Shown: positions 7,192 to 16,125 of the stretch, piece by piece
Numbering within the stretch: position 1 is the stretch's first letter
Layout: the number at the start of each line of letters is the position of its first letter
Assembly (NCBI GenBank): GCA_016839815.1
Contig: JAEOTM010000174.1
Coordinates: forward strand, 1-25,674
Length of the DNA stretch: 25,674 nucleotides
Direction of reading: 5' to 3'
Source: Candidatus Hodarchaeota archaeon
Lineage (GTDB): Archaea; Asgardarchaeota; Heimdallarchaeia; Hodarchaeales; Hodarchaeaceae
Program-made: the position numbers and the translations under genes
Notes under the pieces: generated by a model
Seen by the model: the letters and a program-made list of their open reading frames with translations, nothing else
Told to the model about the DNA's origin: nothing
Databases searched by the model: none

Positions 7192-7776
7192 TTATCGTTT
7201 CACCTGTTGTAAAATAAATTCCAAAGCTGCCAGGTATTTAGTTTTATTCTCCAAATCAGTATTTAGGTCTTGATTACGTAAACTGAAATCCTCTTCCGAT
7301 AATTCTTCCACTTCTTTGCGAACTGCCAATTCTTCGATTTGAAAATTCAGTACTTGGATCAATGGTTGAGTCTGTTGTCTTGAGATTTCGATTTTTTTCA
7401 TGAATTTACTTAGATCTTGAGTTAATTTATCGAGCTCTGTAGAATATTCCACTTTTAATGCCTGATAAACCTCTAATTGAATTGTATTTCGTTTTTGATC
7501 TAATTTTTCAATTCTCTCCTGAAGAACAGATTGATTTCTAAAATTCTTGATAAGGAGATTAGACACTTCGCTTGATTCATCGCTTTGTTCCTTTAAAAAA
7601 GAGATTTCTTCTTTTAATTCTGAGATTTCTGCTTGTTTATCAATCTCTTCAATTTCTGATTTAACAAGCAGGAGTTCAAGTTCCCTTTGCATTTTAGATA
7701 GTTGCTCTTCCGATTTAAACTGCTCAGCTAACTTAATAATTTCATCAGGAGTGAGATCTTCAAAGTTTAGCGTCAT
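7192..7776 (-). CDS. Coiled-coil protein, CdvA-like C-terminal domain
   Basis: Entirely helical, E/K/L-rich. Segments RIEKLDQKRNTIQLEVYQALKVEYSTEL and IEELAVRKEVEELSEEDF resemble the CdvA coiled-coil pattern (recognised by eye only). Confidence 0.6.
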   Translation of the reverse strand: MTLNFEDLTPDEIIKLAEQFKSEEQLSKMQRELELLLVKSEIEEIDKQAEISELKEEISFLKEQSDESSEVSNLLIKNFRNQSVLQERIEKLDQKRNTIQLEVYQALKVEYSTELDKLTQDLSKFMKKIEISRQQTQPLIQVLNFQIEELAVRKEVEELSEEDFSLRNQDLNTDLENKTKYLAALEFILQQVKR

Positions 7777-8023
7777 CTTGGTTTATTCCATTGCATAAAT
7801 TACGAAGGTCAATGAATAGAAATCCATTTCATGTTAATATAATAGTTTTCTTAGTGGATCAAAAAAACCCTGAATTTCTGCACAATTCTGCTTTAAAATC
7901 TATTCCTCCTTAAAAAAATGTCTTAAAAAGAAATCTATTCGCTAAAAGAAGATTACGAGAACCTAAATTATAAAAAAAACTTTTAAAAGAATTTTCAGTG
8001 TTTAGGAGGAAAAAGATAATATT

Positions 8024-8046
8024 ATGTGATTTATCAAGAATCACAT
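8024..8046. promoter_or_regulatory. Perfect inverted repeat ATGTGATT-N7-AATCACAT, candidate transcription-factor operator
   Basis: 8-bp arms at 8024-8031 and 8039-8046, immediately upstream of the putative atpA BRE/TATA. Confidence 0.5.
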
Positions 8047-8052
8047 TAAGTC

Positions 8053-8073
8053 GAAGAAAAAAAATCTTAAGAC
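8053..8073 (+). promoter_or_regulatory. Putative BRE/TATA promoter of the atpA-psd-pssA-ahcY operon
   Basis: Purine run GAAGAAAAAAAA then TCTTAAGAC. A similar A-run plus CTTAAG occurs upstream of tRNA-Leu (~21376-21391). Confidence 0.4.
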
Positions 8074-8133
8074 TCATAAATTGTGAACGGTTAGACTAAG
8101 GAATGTGAAACAGTTCCGCAAGAAGGTTTGATT

Positions 8134-9918
8134 ATGTCACCAAATGCTCAAATGGGAAAAATAGCAAAGATTTCTGGCCCTGTAGTGGAAATTAATGGGC
8201 TAACTAACGCTAAATTGTATGAGATAGTTAAAGTTGGTGAAGAACAGTTAATAGGTGAGATCATTCGAATTAATCGAAGTGGAGCAGATCATATTTCTAC
8301 TGTTCAAGTTTATGAAGAAACAACGGGATTAAAACCCCGAGAACAAGCTTTTTCAACAGGTAACCCTCTAAGTGCAGAATTGGGTCCTGGGTTATTAACT
8401 AAGATTTATGATGGGATTCAAAGGCCACTCCCCGCATTAGAAGTTGAAGCAGGCACTTTTATTACCCGAGGTATCTCGACTACACCCTTAGACGAACAAA
8501 AGAAATGGGAATTCCAACCTCTATTAGAAAAAGGAGCTAGAGTGTCTGGGGGTACACACGTGGGAGAGGTTAAGGAATCTAATGTTGTTACTCATAAGAT
8601 TATGGTCCCTCCAGATGTTAAAGGAGGTACTCTTTTAGATTTGGCGGATCAAGGGAAATATACTATTCTTGATGAAATTGGTAAAGTCAAAGTTAATGGA
8701 ACGACAGTTCCCCTTACTATGAAACAATTATGGCCTGTAAGACGGGCGAGACCAGTTATTCGAAAGCTCGAAGCAACTATACCTTTAATAACGGGTCAGC
8801 GTATTTTTGATACTTTCTTCCCAATTGCAAAAGGTGGAGTAGCAGCTATTCCTGGAGGATTCGGTACAGGGAAAACGGTTTCCCAACACCAGCTAGCAAA
8901 ATGGTCTGATGCAACAGTTGTTGTGTATATTGGATGTGGCGAACGGGGAAATGAAATGGCAGAAGTATTAAAGGAATTTCCATCACTAGAGGATCCTAGA
9001 ACAGGAGAAGAGCTCATGCAAAGAACTGTTCTCATTGCTAATACTTCAAATATGCCTGTAGCTGCAAGAGAAGCCTCTGTTTATCTAGGAATAACACTTG
9101 CTGAATATTACCGCGATATGGGGCTTGATGTGGCATTAATGGCGGACTCGACCAGTCGATGGGCTGAAGCATTAAGAGAGATTTCTGGTCGATTAGAAGA
9201 AATGCCTGGTGAAGAAGGATATCCAGCATATCTAGCTTCACGGATTGCAGAATTTTATGAACGAGCTGGAAGAACAGAAACGTTATCCGGACATACCGCG
9301 AGTATTTCTGCAATTGGAGCTGTCTCACCAGGAGGTGGAGATTTCTCCGAACCAGTCACTCAAAATACACTGAAAACAGTACGAGTATTCTGGGCTTTGA
9401 GCTATCCTTTGGCAAGATCCAGACACTTTCCTGCAATCTCTTGGTTGGAAAGCTACAGCCTATATATCGATTCTCTTTCAAACTGGTATCAAAGTAATGT
9501 TGCCAAGGATTTCATACAACTTCGTGAAGAAGCAATGACATTATTGCAAAAAGAAAAAGAGTTGCAGGAAATTGTACAACTTATAGGTCCAGATGCATTG
9601 CCTGATTCTGAAAAAATTGTCCTACTGTCCGCCAAAATGATTCGAGAAGACTTCTTACAACAAAATGCATATTCCGACGATTCTTTCTGTCCATTAGAAA
9701 AGCAATACGAAATATTGAAACTCATTATGCAGTTCTATTATAAGATTCGTGACAATTACAACGCAGGTGTTCCTTTTGAGAAGATGACTACCCTATCAGT
9801 GTTAAATGATATCGCTAAATTGAAATGGGCCTTTGATAAAGAATTTAATGATATATACAAATCATGTAATGCCTTTATCCAAAATAAGATGGAACCTGAT
9901 GTCTTGGGGTTCGAATAG
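8134..9918 (+). CDS. atpA: A/V-type ATP synthase catalytic subunit A
   Basis: [22 protein letters not shown]-loop [57 protein letters not shown]. No intein. SD-like GAAGGT before ATG 8134 (TTG 8128 is an alternative). Confidence 0.97.
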   Translation: MSPNAQMGKIAKISGPVVEINGLTNAKLYEIVKVGEEQLIGEIIRINRSGADHISTVQVYEETTGLKPREQAFSTGNPLSAELGPGLLTKIYDGIQRPLPALEVEAGTFITRGISTTPLDEQKKWEFQPLLEKGARVSGGTHVGEVKESNVVTHKIMVPPDVKGGTLLDLADQGKYTILDEIGKVKVNGTTVPLTMKQLWPVRRARPVIRKLEATIPLITGQRIFDTFFPIAKGGVAAIPGGFGTGKTVSQHQLAKWSDATVVVYIGCGERGNEMAEVLKEFPSLEDPRTGEELMQRTVLIANTSNMPVAAREASVYLGITLAEYYRDMGLDVALMADSTSRWAEALREISGRLEEMPGEEGYPAYLASRIAEFYERAGRTETLSGHTASISAIGAVSPGGGDFSEPVTQNTLKTVRVFWALSYPLARSRHFPAISWLESYSLYIDSLSNWYQSNVAKDFIQLREEAMTLLQKEKELQEIVQLIGPDALPDSEKIVLLSAKMIREDFLQQNAYSDDSFCPLEKQYEILKLIMQFYYKIRDNYNAGVPFEKMTTLSVLNDIAKLKWAFDKEFNDIYKSCNAFIQNKMEPDVLGFE

Positions 9919-9921
9919 AAT

Positions 9922-10554
9922 ATGTTTACCCTTGCGAAAGGACACATTAAAATCTCCTTAGCATTATCAACATCGATCCCAATAATCTTCTTTTATTCGC
10001 TGCTCTACACTTGGTTACTTGTATTACTTCCAGTAAATTTGATTTTATTAGCAGGCCATGTCTATTTTTTCCGTGATCCACCACGAAAAGTTATAGGGAA
10101 GACTAATGATCTACTAGCCCCAGCTGACGGAAAGGTATACGAGGTATTACCTGATGACGGGATAATTCGAATCCGAATGACTCTATTTGATGTTCATGTG
10201 AATCGATGGCCGATTTCGGGACGTGTATCCAGTATTTCACAACAAAAAGGAAAACACTGGCCTTTTTTTCCATTTTTGCAACGTGGAACAACTGAGAATG
10301 CAAAACAAACAATCGAGGTAACAAACGAAATAGGAACTTTTCATATAGTGCAAATTGTAGGAATGATAGCACGACGGTGTGTTGTATACGCTCAGAAGGG
10401 AGAGAGCATTCAACAAGGAGAACGTCTGGGAATGATTCGATATGGGAGTGAAGTTGATATTCACTTTCCAAAGGATAATTACGAAATATGTGTAGATAAA
10501 GATAACAATACTAAAGCTGGAGTAACCGTAATAGCTGAATATCAGGAGGGTTAG
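9922..10554 (+). CDS. psd: Archaetidylserine/phosphatidylserine decarboxylase proenzyme
   Basis: N-terminal hydrophobic helices, FFRDPPR, APADGKV, DVHVNRWP, QIVGMIARR, self-cleavage motif GMIRYGSEVD. Confidence 0.93.
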   Translation: MFTLAKGHIKISLALSTSIPIIFFYSLLYTWLLVLLPVNLILLAGHVYFFRDPPRKVIGKTNDLLAPADGKVYEVLPDDGIIRIRMTLFDVHVNRWPISGRVSSISQQKGKHWPFFPFLQRGTTENAKQTIEVTNEIGTFHIVQIVGMIARRCVVYAQKGESIQQGERLGMIRYGSEVDIHFPKDNYEICVDKDNNTKAGVTVIAEYQEG

Positions 10555-10562
10555 ATTTCGTA

Positions 10563-11294
10563 ATGGCATTGTTAAACAAATATACATTGATCGCAAACAT
10601 TTTTACGGCCACAAATGCTCTTGCAGGTATCATTGGAATCATTACCGCAATATATTTTCCAGAAACACTACCTTTTGTCCCTCTACAGCTAGTAATCATT
10701 GGAGCAATCTTTGATTTTCTTGATGGATTTATGGCGAAAAGGGCACCCACGACATCGGCCTTTGGAGTATATGCAGATTCAATAAGTGATGTTATAACCT
10801 TTGCAATTTTGCCAGGAATAATGGTTCTTCAGACTAATCTCATAGGAACTAATTCAGAGGGAATTATTGGTCTAACTCCCTTATTAATTGCTGGATTCTA
10901 CACTTTGAGTGGATGGATGAGATTAATTCGTTTTGCAACCCATCCCACCTCCATATATTATGAAGGTCTTCCTTCTCCAGCTGCAGCGTTATTAATAGGT
11001 ACTTGTGCAACATTATCAACAATGCAGGAAGCTACTTGGTTTTTTGCTCAGGATGGATTAATGTTAACACTATTTACTCTAATTACGGGGCTCTTAATGA
11101 CAGAAATTGTGAAATATCCTTCACCAAAAAGAGGTCAATTATCAGACATGCTTTTAATAATCCTCGCAGGCCTTGTTGTCATTAGCTACGTATTTTTTCC
11201 AGGAATACTCACATTGAGTTTGATCCTGTTTATATCATTATTATACACAATCTTTGGATCTCTTTACCTCTTAGTTACAAATAAAAATAAATAA
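10563..11294 (+). CDS. pssA: CDP-alcohol phosphatidyltransferase, archaetidylserine/phosphatidylserine synthase
   Basis: ANIFT, CDP-OH motif DFLDGFMAKR...FGVYADSISD, RLIRF, EGLPSPAA; multiple transmembrane segments; adjacent to psd. Confidence 0.9.
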   Translation: MALLNKYTLIANIFTATNALAGIIGIITAIYFPETLPFVPLQLVIIGAIFDFLDGFMAKRAPTTSAFGVYADSISDVITFAILPGIMVLQTNLIGTNSEGIIGLTPLLIAGFYTLSGWMRLIRFATHPTSIYYEGLPSPAAALLIGTCATLSTMQEATWFFAQDGLMLTLFTLITGLLMTEIVKYPSPKRGQLSDMLLIILAGLVVISYVFFPGILTLSLILFISLLYTIFGSLYLLVTNKNK

Positions 11295-11317
11295 ACAAAC
11301 TTTCGAAGGATTTCAGG

Positions 11318-12661
11318 ATGAGAATTAATACAGAGAAAGGAAAAAATTATGAAATTCGTGATTCTTCATTAGCAGAAGCAGGACTAAAGACAATGGATTG
11401 GGCAGAAAGTCGAATGCCAGTCCTAAAATTAATAAAGAATCGCTTTAAGCAGGAAAAACCTCTGAAAGGGGTGAGAATTGGAGCGTGTTTGCATGTTACC
11501 AAGGAAACCTCACAACTATGTGATACATGGCTTGCAGGAGGGGCGGAAGTATATCTTTGTGCATCTAATCCCCTTTCTACACAGGATGAAATACCTGCTG
11601 CCTTAGTAGAAAAAGGAGTTAATGTATATGCTTGGAAATTTATGGATACAGAGGGATATTACAGATCAATAGGGAATGTCATTGCAGCACGTCCTCATAT
11701 TACTATCGATGATGGAGCGGATCTAGTTAGCATTTTACATAAGTTGAAAAGAGGGGAAACCGACGCGGAGATCGAGATAGTCAAAAAAGTTATTGGAGAA
11801 TCAACAGATATTATTGATAGTGTTTGGGGTGGAGCTGAAGAAACAACAACAGGAATAATCCGATTGGAAGCCATGGCAAAGGATGGAGCTCTCTTGTATC
11901 CAATAATGGCAACTAATTCATCTCCGTGCAAGAATCTCTATGATAATGTGTATGGGACAGGTCAATCAACAATAGATGGGATTTTACGAGCAACTGCAGA
12001 TCTAATTGCCTCAAAAGTCTTTGTGGTAGCAGGTTATGGCCATTGCGGAAAAGGAGTGGCAATGAGAGCAAAAGGAATGGGTGCACGAAGAGTCATTGTA
12101 ACTGAAATCGAACCTCATGCCGCACTGCAAGCAGTAATGGAGGGAATGGAAGTAATGCCCATGGTAGAAGCCAGTAAAATAGCGGATATCATTGTTACAA
12201 CAACTGGAAATCGAGATGTTGTCCGAAAAGAGCATTTTGAAGCAATGAAAGATGGATGTTTGATCGCAAATTCAGGTCATTTCAATGTGGAAATCAATAT
12301 CCCAGATTTAGAACAATTAGCTAAAAAGAAAATTCAAATACGTCCTTTTGTGGAACAATTTGTGTTAGCAGATAACAGACGGATTAATTTGTTAGGAGAG
12401 GGGCGTCTGATTAATTTAGCGGCAGCAGAAGGACATCCAAGTGAAGTGATGGATCTAAGCTTTTCTTTGCAGGCATTAGCGAGTGAATACGTCGCCAAAA
12501 GTCAAAAAACCATAGAAAAAACTGGTGGAAAAGTAATAGAGATTCCTCCAGGAATTGATACTGATGTTGCTCTCCTCAAATGTAAAGCTCTAGGAATAAC
12601 TCTTGATAAGTTAACTCCTGAACAGAAAAAATACCTAGCCAGCTGGAAAACAGGAACATAA
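11318..12661 (+). CDS. ahcY: S-adenosylhomocysteine hydrolase
   Basis: ACLHVTKET, SNPLSTQD, DDGADL, EETTTG, DNVYGTGQS, GYGHCGKG, NSGHF, GRLINLAAAEGHPSEVMDLSF. Confidence 0.97.
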   Translation: MRINTEKGKNYEIRDSSLAEAGLKTMDWAESRMPVLKLIKNRFKQEKPLKGVRIGACLHVTKETSQLCDTWLAGGAEVYLCASNPLSTQDEIPAALVEKGVNVYAWKFMDTEGYYRSIGNVIAARPHITIDDGADLVSILHKLKRGETDAEIEIVKKVIGESTDIIDSVWGGAEETTTGIIRLEAMAKDGALLYPIMATNSSPCKNLYDNVYGTGQSTIDGILRATADLIASKVFVVAGYGHCGKGVAMRAKGMGARRVIVTEIEPHAALQAVMEGMEVMPMVEASKIADIIVTTTGNRDVVRKEHFEAMKDGCLIANSGHFNVEINIPDLEQLAKKKIQIRPFVEQFVLADNRRINLLGEGRLINLAAAEGHPSEVMDLSFSLQALASEYVAKSQKTIEKTGGKVIEIPPGIDTDVALLKCKALGITLDKLTPEQKKYLASWKTGT

Positions 12662-12667
12662 CTCTTT

Positions 12668-13504
12668 CTAAGAAAATAGATCAACTTCTGAAAGAGAATC
12701 ATTGAGAAATCTATTCACAGCAAGGTGTCCTTGGTAGCTTCTAATGTTATCAGTAAGGACTTGCTGGAATGTTTTAATGCCTTTCTCATCATAAGTGAAC
12801 TCTAAATTTTCATATTTAATTTCGTTTAAAATTAATCCTACAGGAGGGGCAGAAGGTGGTTTTTTCCTTGTCAACTGATCACTTAGAAGAGATTTAGTAT
12901 CAGAAACATTCAGATTAGTCGTCGCTACCTGTATTAGATGACCAATCATCCTACGTATTTGCTGCCACAAGAATGAACGGGAGGAAATTTGTAGATAAAG
13001 GATATTACCGTTCAAGGGAGTAATGGAGGTCTCTACAATTGTCTTTACAGGATTTTTCGGGGCTTTAGAGTCTAACTTCGCAAAATTTTGAAAATTGTGA
13101 GTGCCATTGAATTCTTTGAACGACTCTTTTAACTGGACCACATCATAGTGGTCATTAATTAAAAGAAAATAGGAATAAGTTCTCAAAATGGCCTCTTTTC
13201 GGGGATTAAAATTGATTAGTGCCTTTGATTTTCCAAATATTTGAATTATCGAAGGTAAATGTGAATTGATTTCAGGTAGTATAGGTGACCTGTTGCATGT
13301 AAACGCAATTATTTGACTAAGCGCTCCCACTCCCCGATCTGTACGACTGGCAAATACAACTGATTCTAGATCCTCAACAAGTCGTGCTTTTCTTAGAGCT
13401 TTACAGACAATAGTAAACAGATTCAATTCATCATGAAGCTGGTGACTAAATCCACTATAGGTGAGATCTGGAATATACCCTACTTTCAGAGCATATCGAG
13501 GCAT
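12668..13504 (-). CDS. truA: tRNA pseudouridine(38-40) synthase
   Basis: RYALKVGY, catalytic ASRTDRGVGALSQ, RTYSY, GTHNFQNF, SFLWQQIRRMIG, APPVGLIL. Confidence 0.93.
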   Translation of the reverse strand: MPRYALKVGYIPDLTYSGFSHQLHDELNLFTIVCKALRKARLVEDLESVVFASRTDRGVGALSQIIAFTCNRSPILPEINSHLPSIIQIFGKSKALINFNPRKEAILRTYSYFLLINDHYDVVQLKESFKEFNGTHNFQNFAKLDSKAPKNPVKTIVETSITPLNGNILYLQISSRSFLWQQIRRMIGHLIQVATTNLNVSDTKSLLSDQLTRKKPPSAPPVGLILNEIKYENLEFTYDEKGIKTFQQVLTDNIRSYQGHLAVNRFLNDSLSEVDLFS

Positions 13505-13506
13505 TT

Positions 13507-14622
13507 TTAATCCTCTGCTAAGATATTCTGTTGTCTCATAATTGTAGTGATTTGGTTTTGATTCGTTTTAAAGAAATGTTCGAGACGAGAATGAATACTA
13601 GAGGGATCATTCATCGTAACAAGATTAAATTCGTATGTAGAGAAATTCTCCTTCCAGAACGCTTCCAAAGAGTTCGTATCCTCGTGACTTAGTAAATCTG
13701 CTTTACCAAATAATAGAAGCAATGGAACTTCTGGAAATTCATTGATGATTTGGTTAAAAAGATTAAGTTGAGCATTTATCGCTTCTTGCTGTGTGAAGTC
13801 GAAGATAAAGACAATTGCAGCTGCTAGAGTTTTTAAGGCTGCTAATGCACGTAATTCAATCTCGTTCCGTTCATCAAGAGGGCGATCGAGAATTCCTGGA
13901 GTATCGACAATCTGACACGGTATATGTGTCAGAGGTTTTTTATGTGAAGAAGAAGCATAAACAGGAATTTCTAGATGTCCTACTGTGGCCTCTTTGGTTG
14001 TAAAGGGATAAGCTCCAATTTCAGGTGTGGCAGAGGTTACTCCATTCACTAAAGAGCTTTTACCAACATTGGGATATCCTGCAATACAGAAAGTTGGTTG
14101 TTCGAAATCAATTCCTGGCATTAGACGCATTTCTCTTCGAACTGACTCTAAAAATTCAAGACGGGATTTTAGCTTCTTAATTACAGATTCCATGCGTCCA
14201 AATGCAGCTCTCCGTAAATCTTTTGTCGCTAATACCGAATTAGCATGCCAAACAGTTCCTAAATACTCACGTTTGATTTTCCAAACTAAATCTGCAGAAC
14301 CAGATAATGAACCAAGTGTTTGACGAATTTTATCAATGCTAAAACTGAGATCGAGGATTTCGATATAGAAATCAGGGATATGACCATCCTGAAGAGTAGG
14401 AAAATCTTCCACAATCCGAAATAAGCGTTCTCGTAGTTCCCGTGAAAGGAGCTCTATCCTTGCAGCTTCTTTTTTCCTTGATTTACGAAGAAGAGGAACC
14501 GACTTAGCGGAGGTAGCCGTTCCACGTATAGATGTTTTCATAACTGTATTATGAGATATCGTGAACAACTCATCTGCAAAAGGAATAGGTTTGATTGCCC
14601 TAAAAGGATTCGTAGAAGGCAT
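13507..14622 (-). CDS. NOG1-family (Obg-related) GTPase
   Basis: N-terminal helical NOG1 domain (AFGRMES); GYPNVGKSS, AYPFTTK, DTPGILDRPLDERNEIE. Confidence 0.92.
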   Translation of the reverse strand: MPSTNPFRAIKPIPFADELFTISHNTVMKTSIRGTATSAKSVPLLRKSRKKEAARIELLSRELRERLFRIVEDFPTLQDGHIPDFYIEILDLSFSIDKIRQTLGSLSGSADLVWKIKREYLGTVWHANSVLATKDLRRAAFGRMESVIKKLKSRLEFLESVRREMRLMPGIDFEQPTFCIAGYPNVGKSSLVNGVTSATPEIGAYPFTTKEATVGHLEIPVYASSSHKKPLTHIPCQIVDTPGILDRPLDERNEIELRALAALKTLAAAIVFIFDFTQQEAINAQLNLFNQIINEFPEVPLLLLFGKADLLSHEDTNSLEAFWKENFSTYEFNLVTMNDPSSIHSRLEHFFKTNQNQITTIMRQQNILAED

Positions 14623-14666
14623 AACTTACACCACTGTCTCAAAGAGATGGATAATCAGATTCACCT

Positions 14667-15185
14667 TTAATCGGTTGTTCGGTTTATTTCCTGTAGTCGC
14701 TTTAATCCATCGATATCAGCAATTACTTTTTGGACACTAGAAGGGACTAAATCCTCCCAGTTTGCACCCTCTATCATTAATTGCCTAATGTTTGACCCTT
14801 TGTAGAAGGATCTTTTAACCAGTTTGGGTGATTTTACATGATAACCTGCTTCAGCAAAAAGACGTTTGATTACACTATTATTCGTAAAAACTATGGAGAA
14901 TGGAGGAGTAAAACTTCGTACATGACTCACCCAAGCAGGATTACGAAATATATCGTAAACTGGAATACAGAAAATTTTTTCAAGAGAAATTTTCTCGTTT
15001 TTTAAACTTTCGTGAATCATTAACACCCGTTCTCCCGCTGTAAATGGATCAGTCATAGTATGTGATTGCTGGGCGCTTCCAATGACAATAATTAGCTCAT
15101 CAATCTCTTTAAATATGGTTTTAATTGTTTGAAGATGACCAAGATGAAAGGGACTAAAACGACCTATAAATAAACCTCTAATCAT
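14667..15185 (-). CDS. nadM: Nicotinamide-nucleotide adenylyltransferase
   Basis: GLFIGRFSPFHLGH, GSAQQSHT..DPFTAGER, WVSHV, GSNIR, WEDLVP. Confidence 0.94.
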   Translation of the reverse strand: MIRGLFIGRFSPFHLGHLQTIKTIFKEIDELIIVIGSAQQSHTMTDPFTAGERVLMIHESLKNEKISLEKIFCIPVYDIFRNPAWVSHVRSFTPPFSIVFTNNSVIKRLFAEAGYHVKSPKLVKRSFYKGSNIRQLMIEGANWEDLVPSSVQKVIADIDGLKRLQEINRTTD

Positions 15186-15201
15186 GAATTTTAGATCCTC
15201 C

Positions 15202-16011
15202 TTATATTGAAGTTCCTTTTTTACTATTTTTTCCTTTTATTTTTTCCTTTAAAGCATCTTCCATTGAAAGTTTGCCTAATGCGACTAATTCAGCAAGTTC
15301 TGAATCTAATGTAAGATTACCTGACAGTTCACGACTCCGATTTTGAATTTCTTTGACTCGTCCAGGGGGAATATCGTCTCTTACCATATGAGTTATTTGC
15401 TGACCTTCTCTGAATCCAATAGTGATTGCTGCTTTTTCATCAAGACTAAATTTCTGCTGAGATGAAGTGATTTTAATGTTAGAAGCTGCTTCATTCACAA
15501 GTTCAAGACGCACATTCGGAATCTTCTGGAACACCTGAAAAATTCTATTGAATACAACCTTGGATATGGATTTAGGTTTATCCCCGATTCGTATAATCAC
15601 TAGTTCTGACGGAAAAGTCAGTAAATCTCCTTGAATGGTTTTATTCAAATTTTTAAGAGATAAAGTTTTAGCAGATAGAATCATTCCATCACATATAGTA
15701 GCAACACCTATTTTTTCCCCTGGATCAATACCAATAATCATTTTTTGAAATCTAGGAGTATGATTTCGAGCTATTAATCCAATGATTGTAGGAATTGTGT
15801 CCACACCAAGGTCTTCATATTTAAGTCGAAGTACACCTATCCTCTCTTGATCTTTAACCTCTTCGTTTGTTGTGACTAGTAAATCAAATTGCTTCCTTGG
15901 TATATCTTGATTTTCTGGAAAAAATTTTATTCTAAGGGATGTATCCTGACTTAACTTTAAGAGTTTGTAGTAAAATCGCATATCCTCTGTTCTAACTGCA
16001 ACGATCGCCAA
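15202..16011 (-). CDS. Conserved archaeal hypothetical protein with RNase H-like (YqgF/RuvC-type) fold
   Basis: IIGIDPGEKIGVA (RNase H-fold strand 1 Asp), IRIGD, LVNE, DEKAAITIG, plus a C-terminal helical domain; TTG start. Confidence 0.65.
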   Translation of the reverse strand: MAIVAVRTEDMRFYYKLLKLSQDTSLRIKFFPENQDIPRKQFDLLVTTNEEVKDQERIGVLRLKYEDLGVDTIPTIIGLIARNHTPRFQKMIIGIDPGEKIGVATICDGMILSAKTLSLKNLNKTIQGDLLTFPSELVIIRIGDKPKSISKVVFNRIFQVFQKIPNVRLELVNEAASNIKITSSQQKFSLDEKAAITIGFREGQQITHMVRDDIPPGRVKEIQNRSRELSGNLTLDSELAELVALGKLSMEDALKEKIKGKNSKKGTSI

Positions 16012-16125
16012 GTTCTGACATCCGATATAGATAAGTGACTTCTATCTGAATACCTATAATAATATATTCTGTGCAGATTTCTTAATATTAGGTTCTCAAT
16101 ACTACCTTGTAGCGCTGATTCAGTT

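Noticed and set aside
8103-8120. ATGTGAA-ACAG-TTCCGCA resembling a bacterial Rex operator
   Set aside because: The right half-site has several mismatches to TTCACAA and no Rex gene is in the window.
8134-9918. Intein in atpA, a known insertion hotspot
   Set aside because: The length (594 aa) and contiguous GKTV and GCGERGNE motifs show no insertion.
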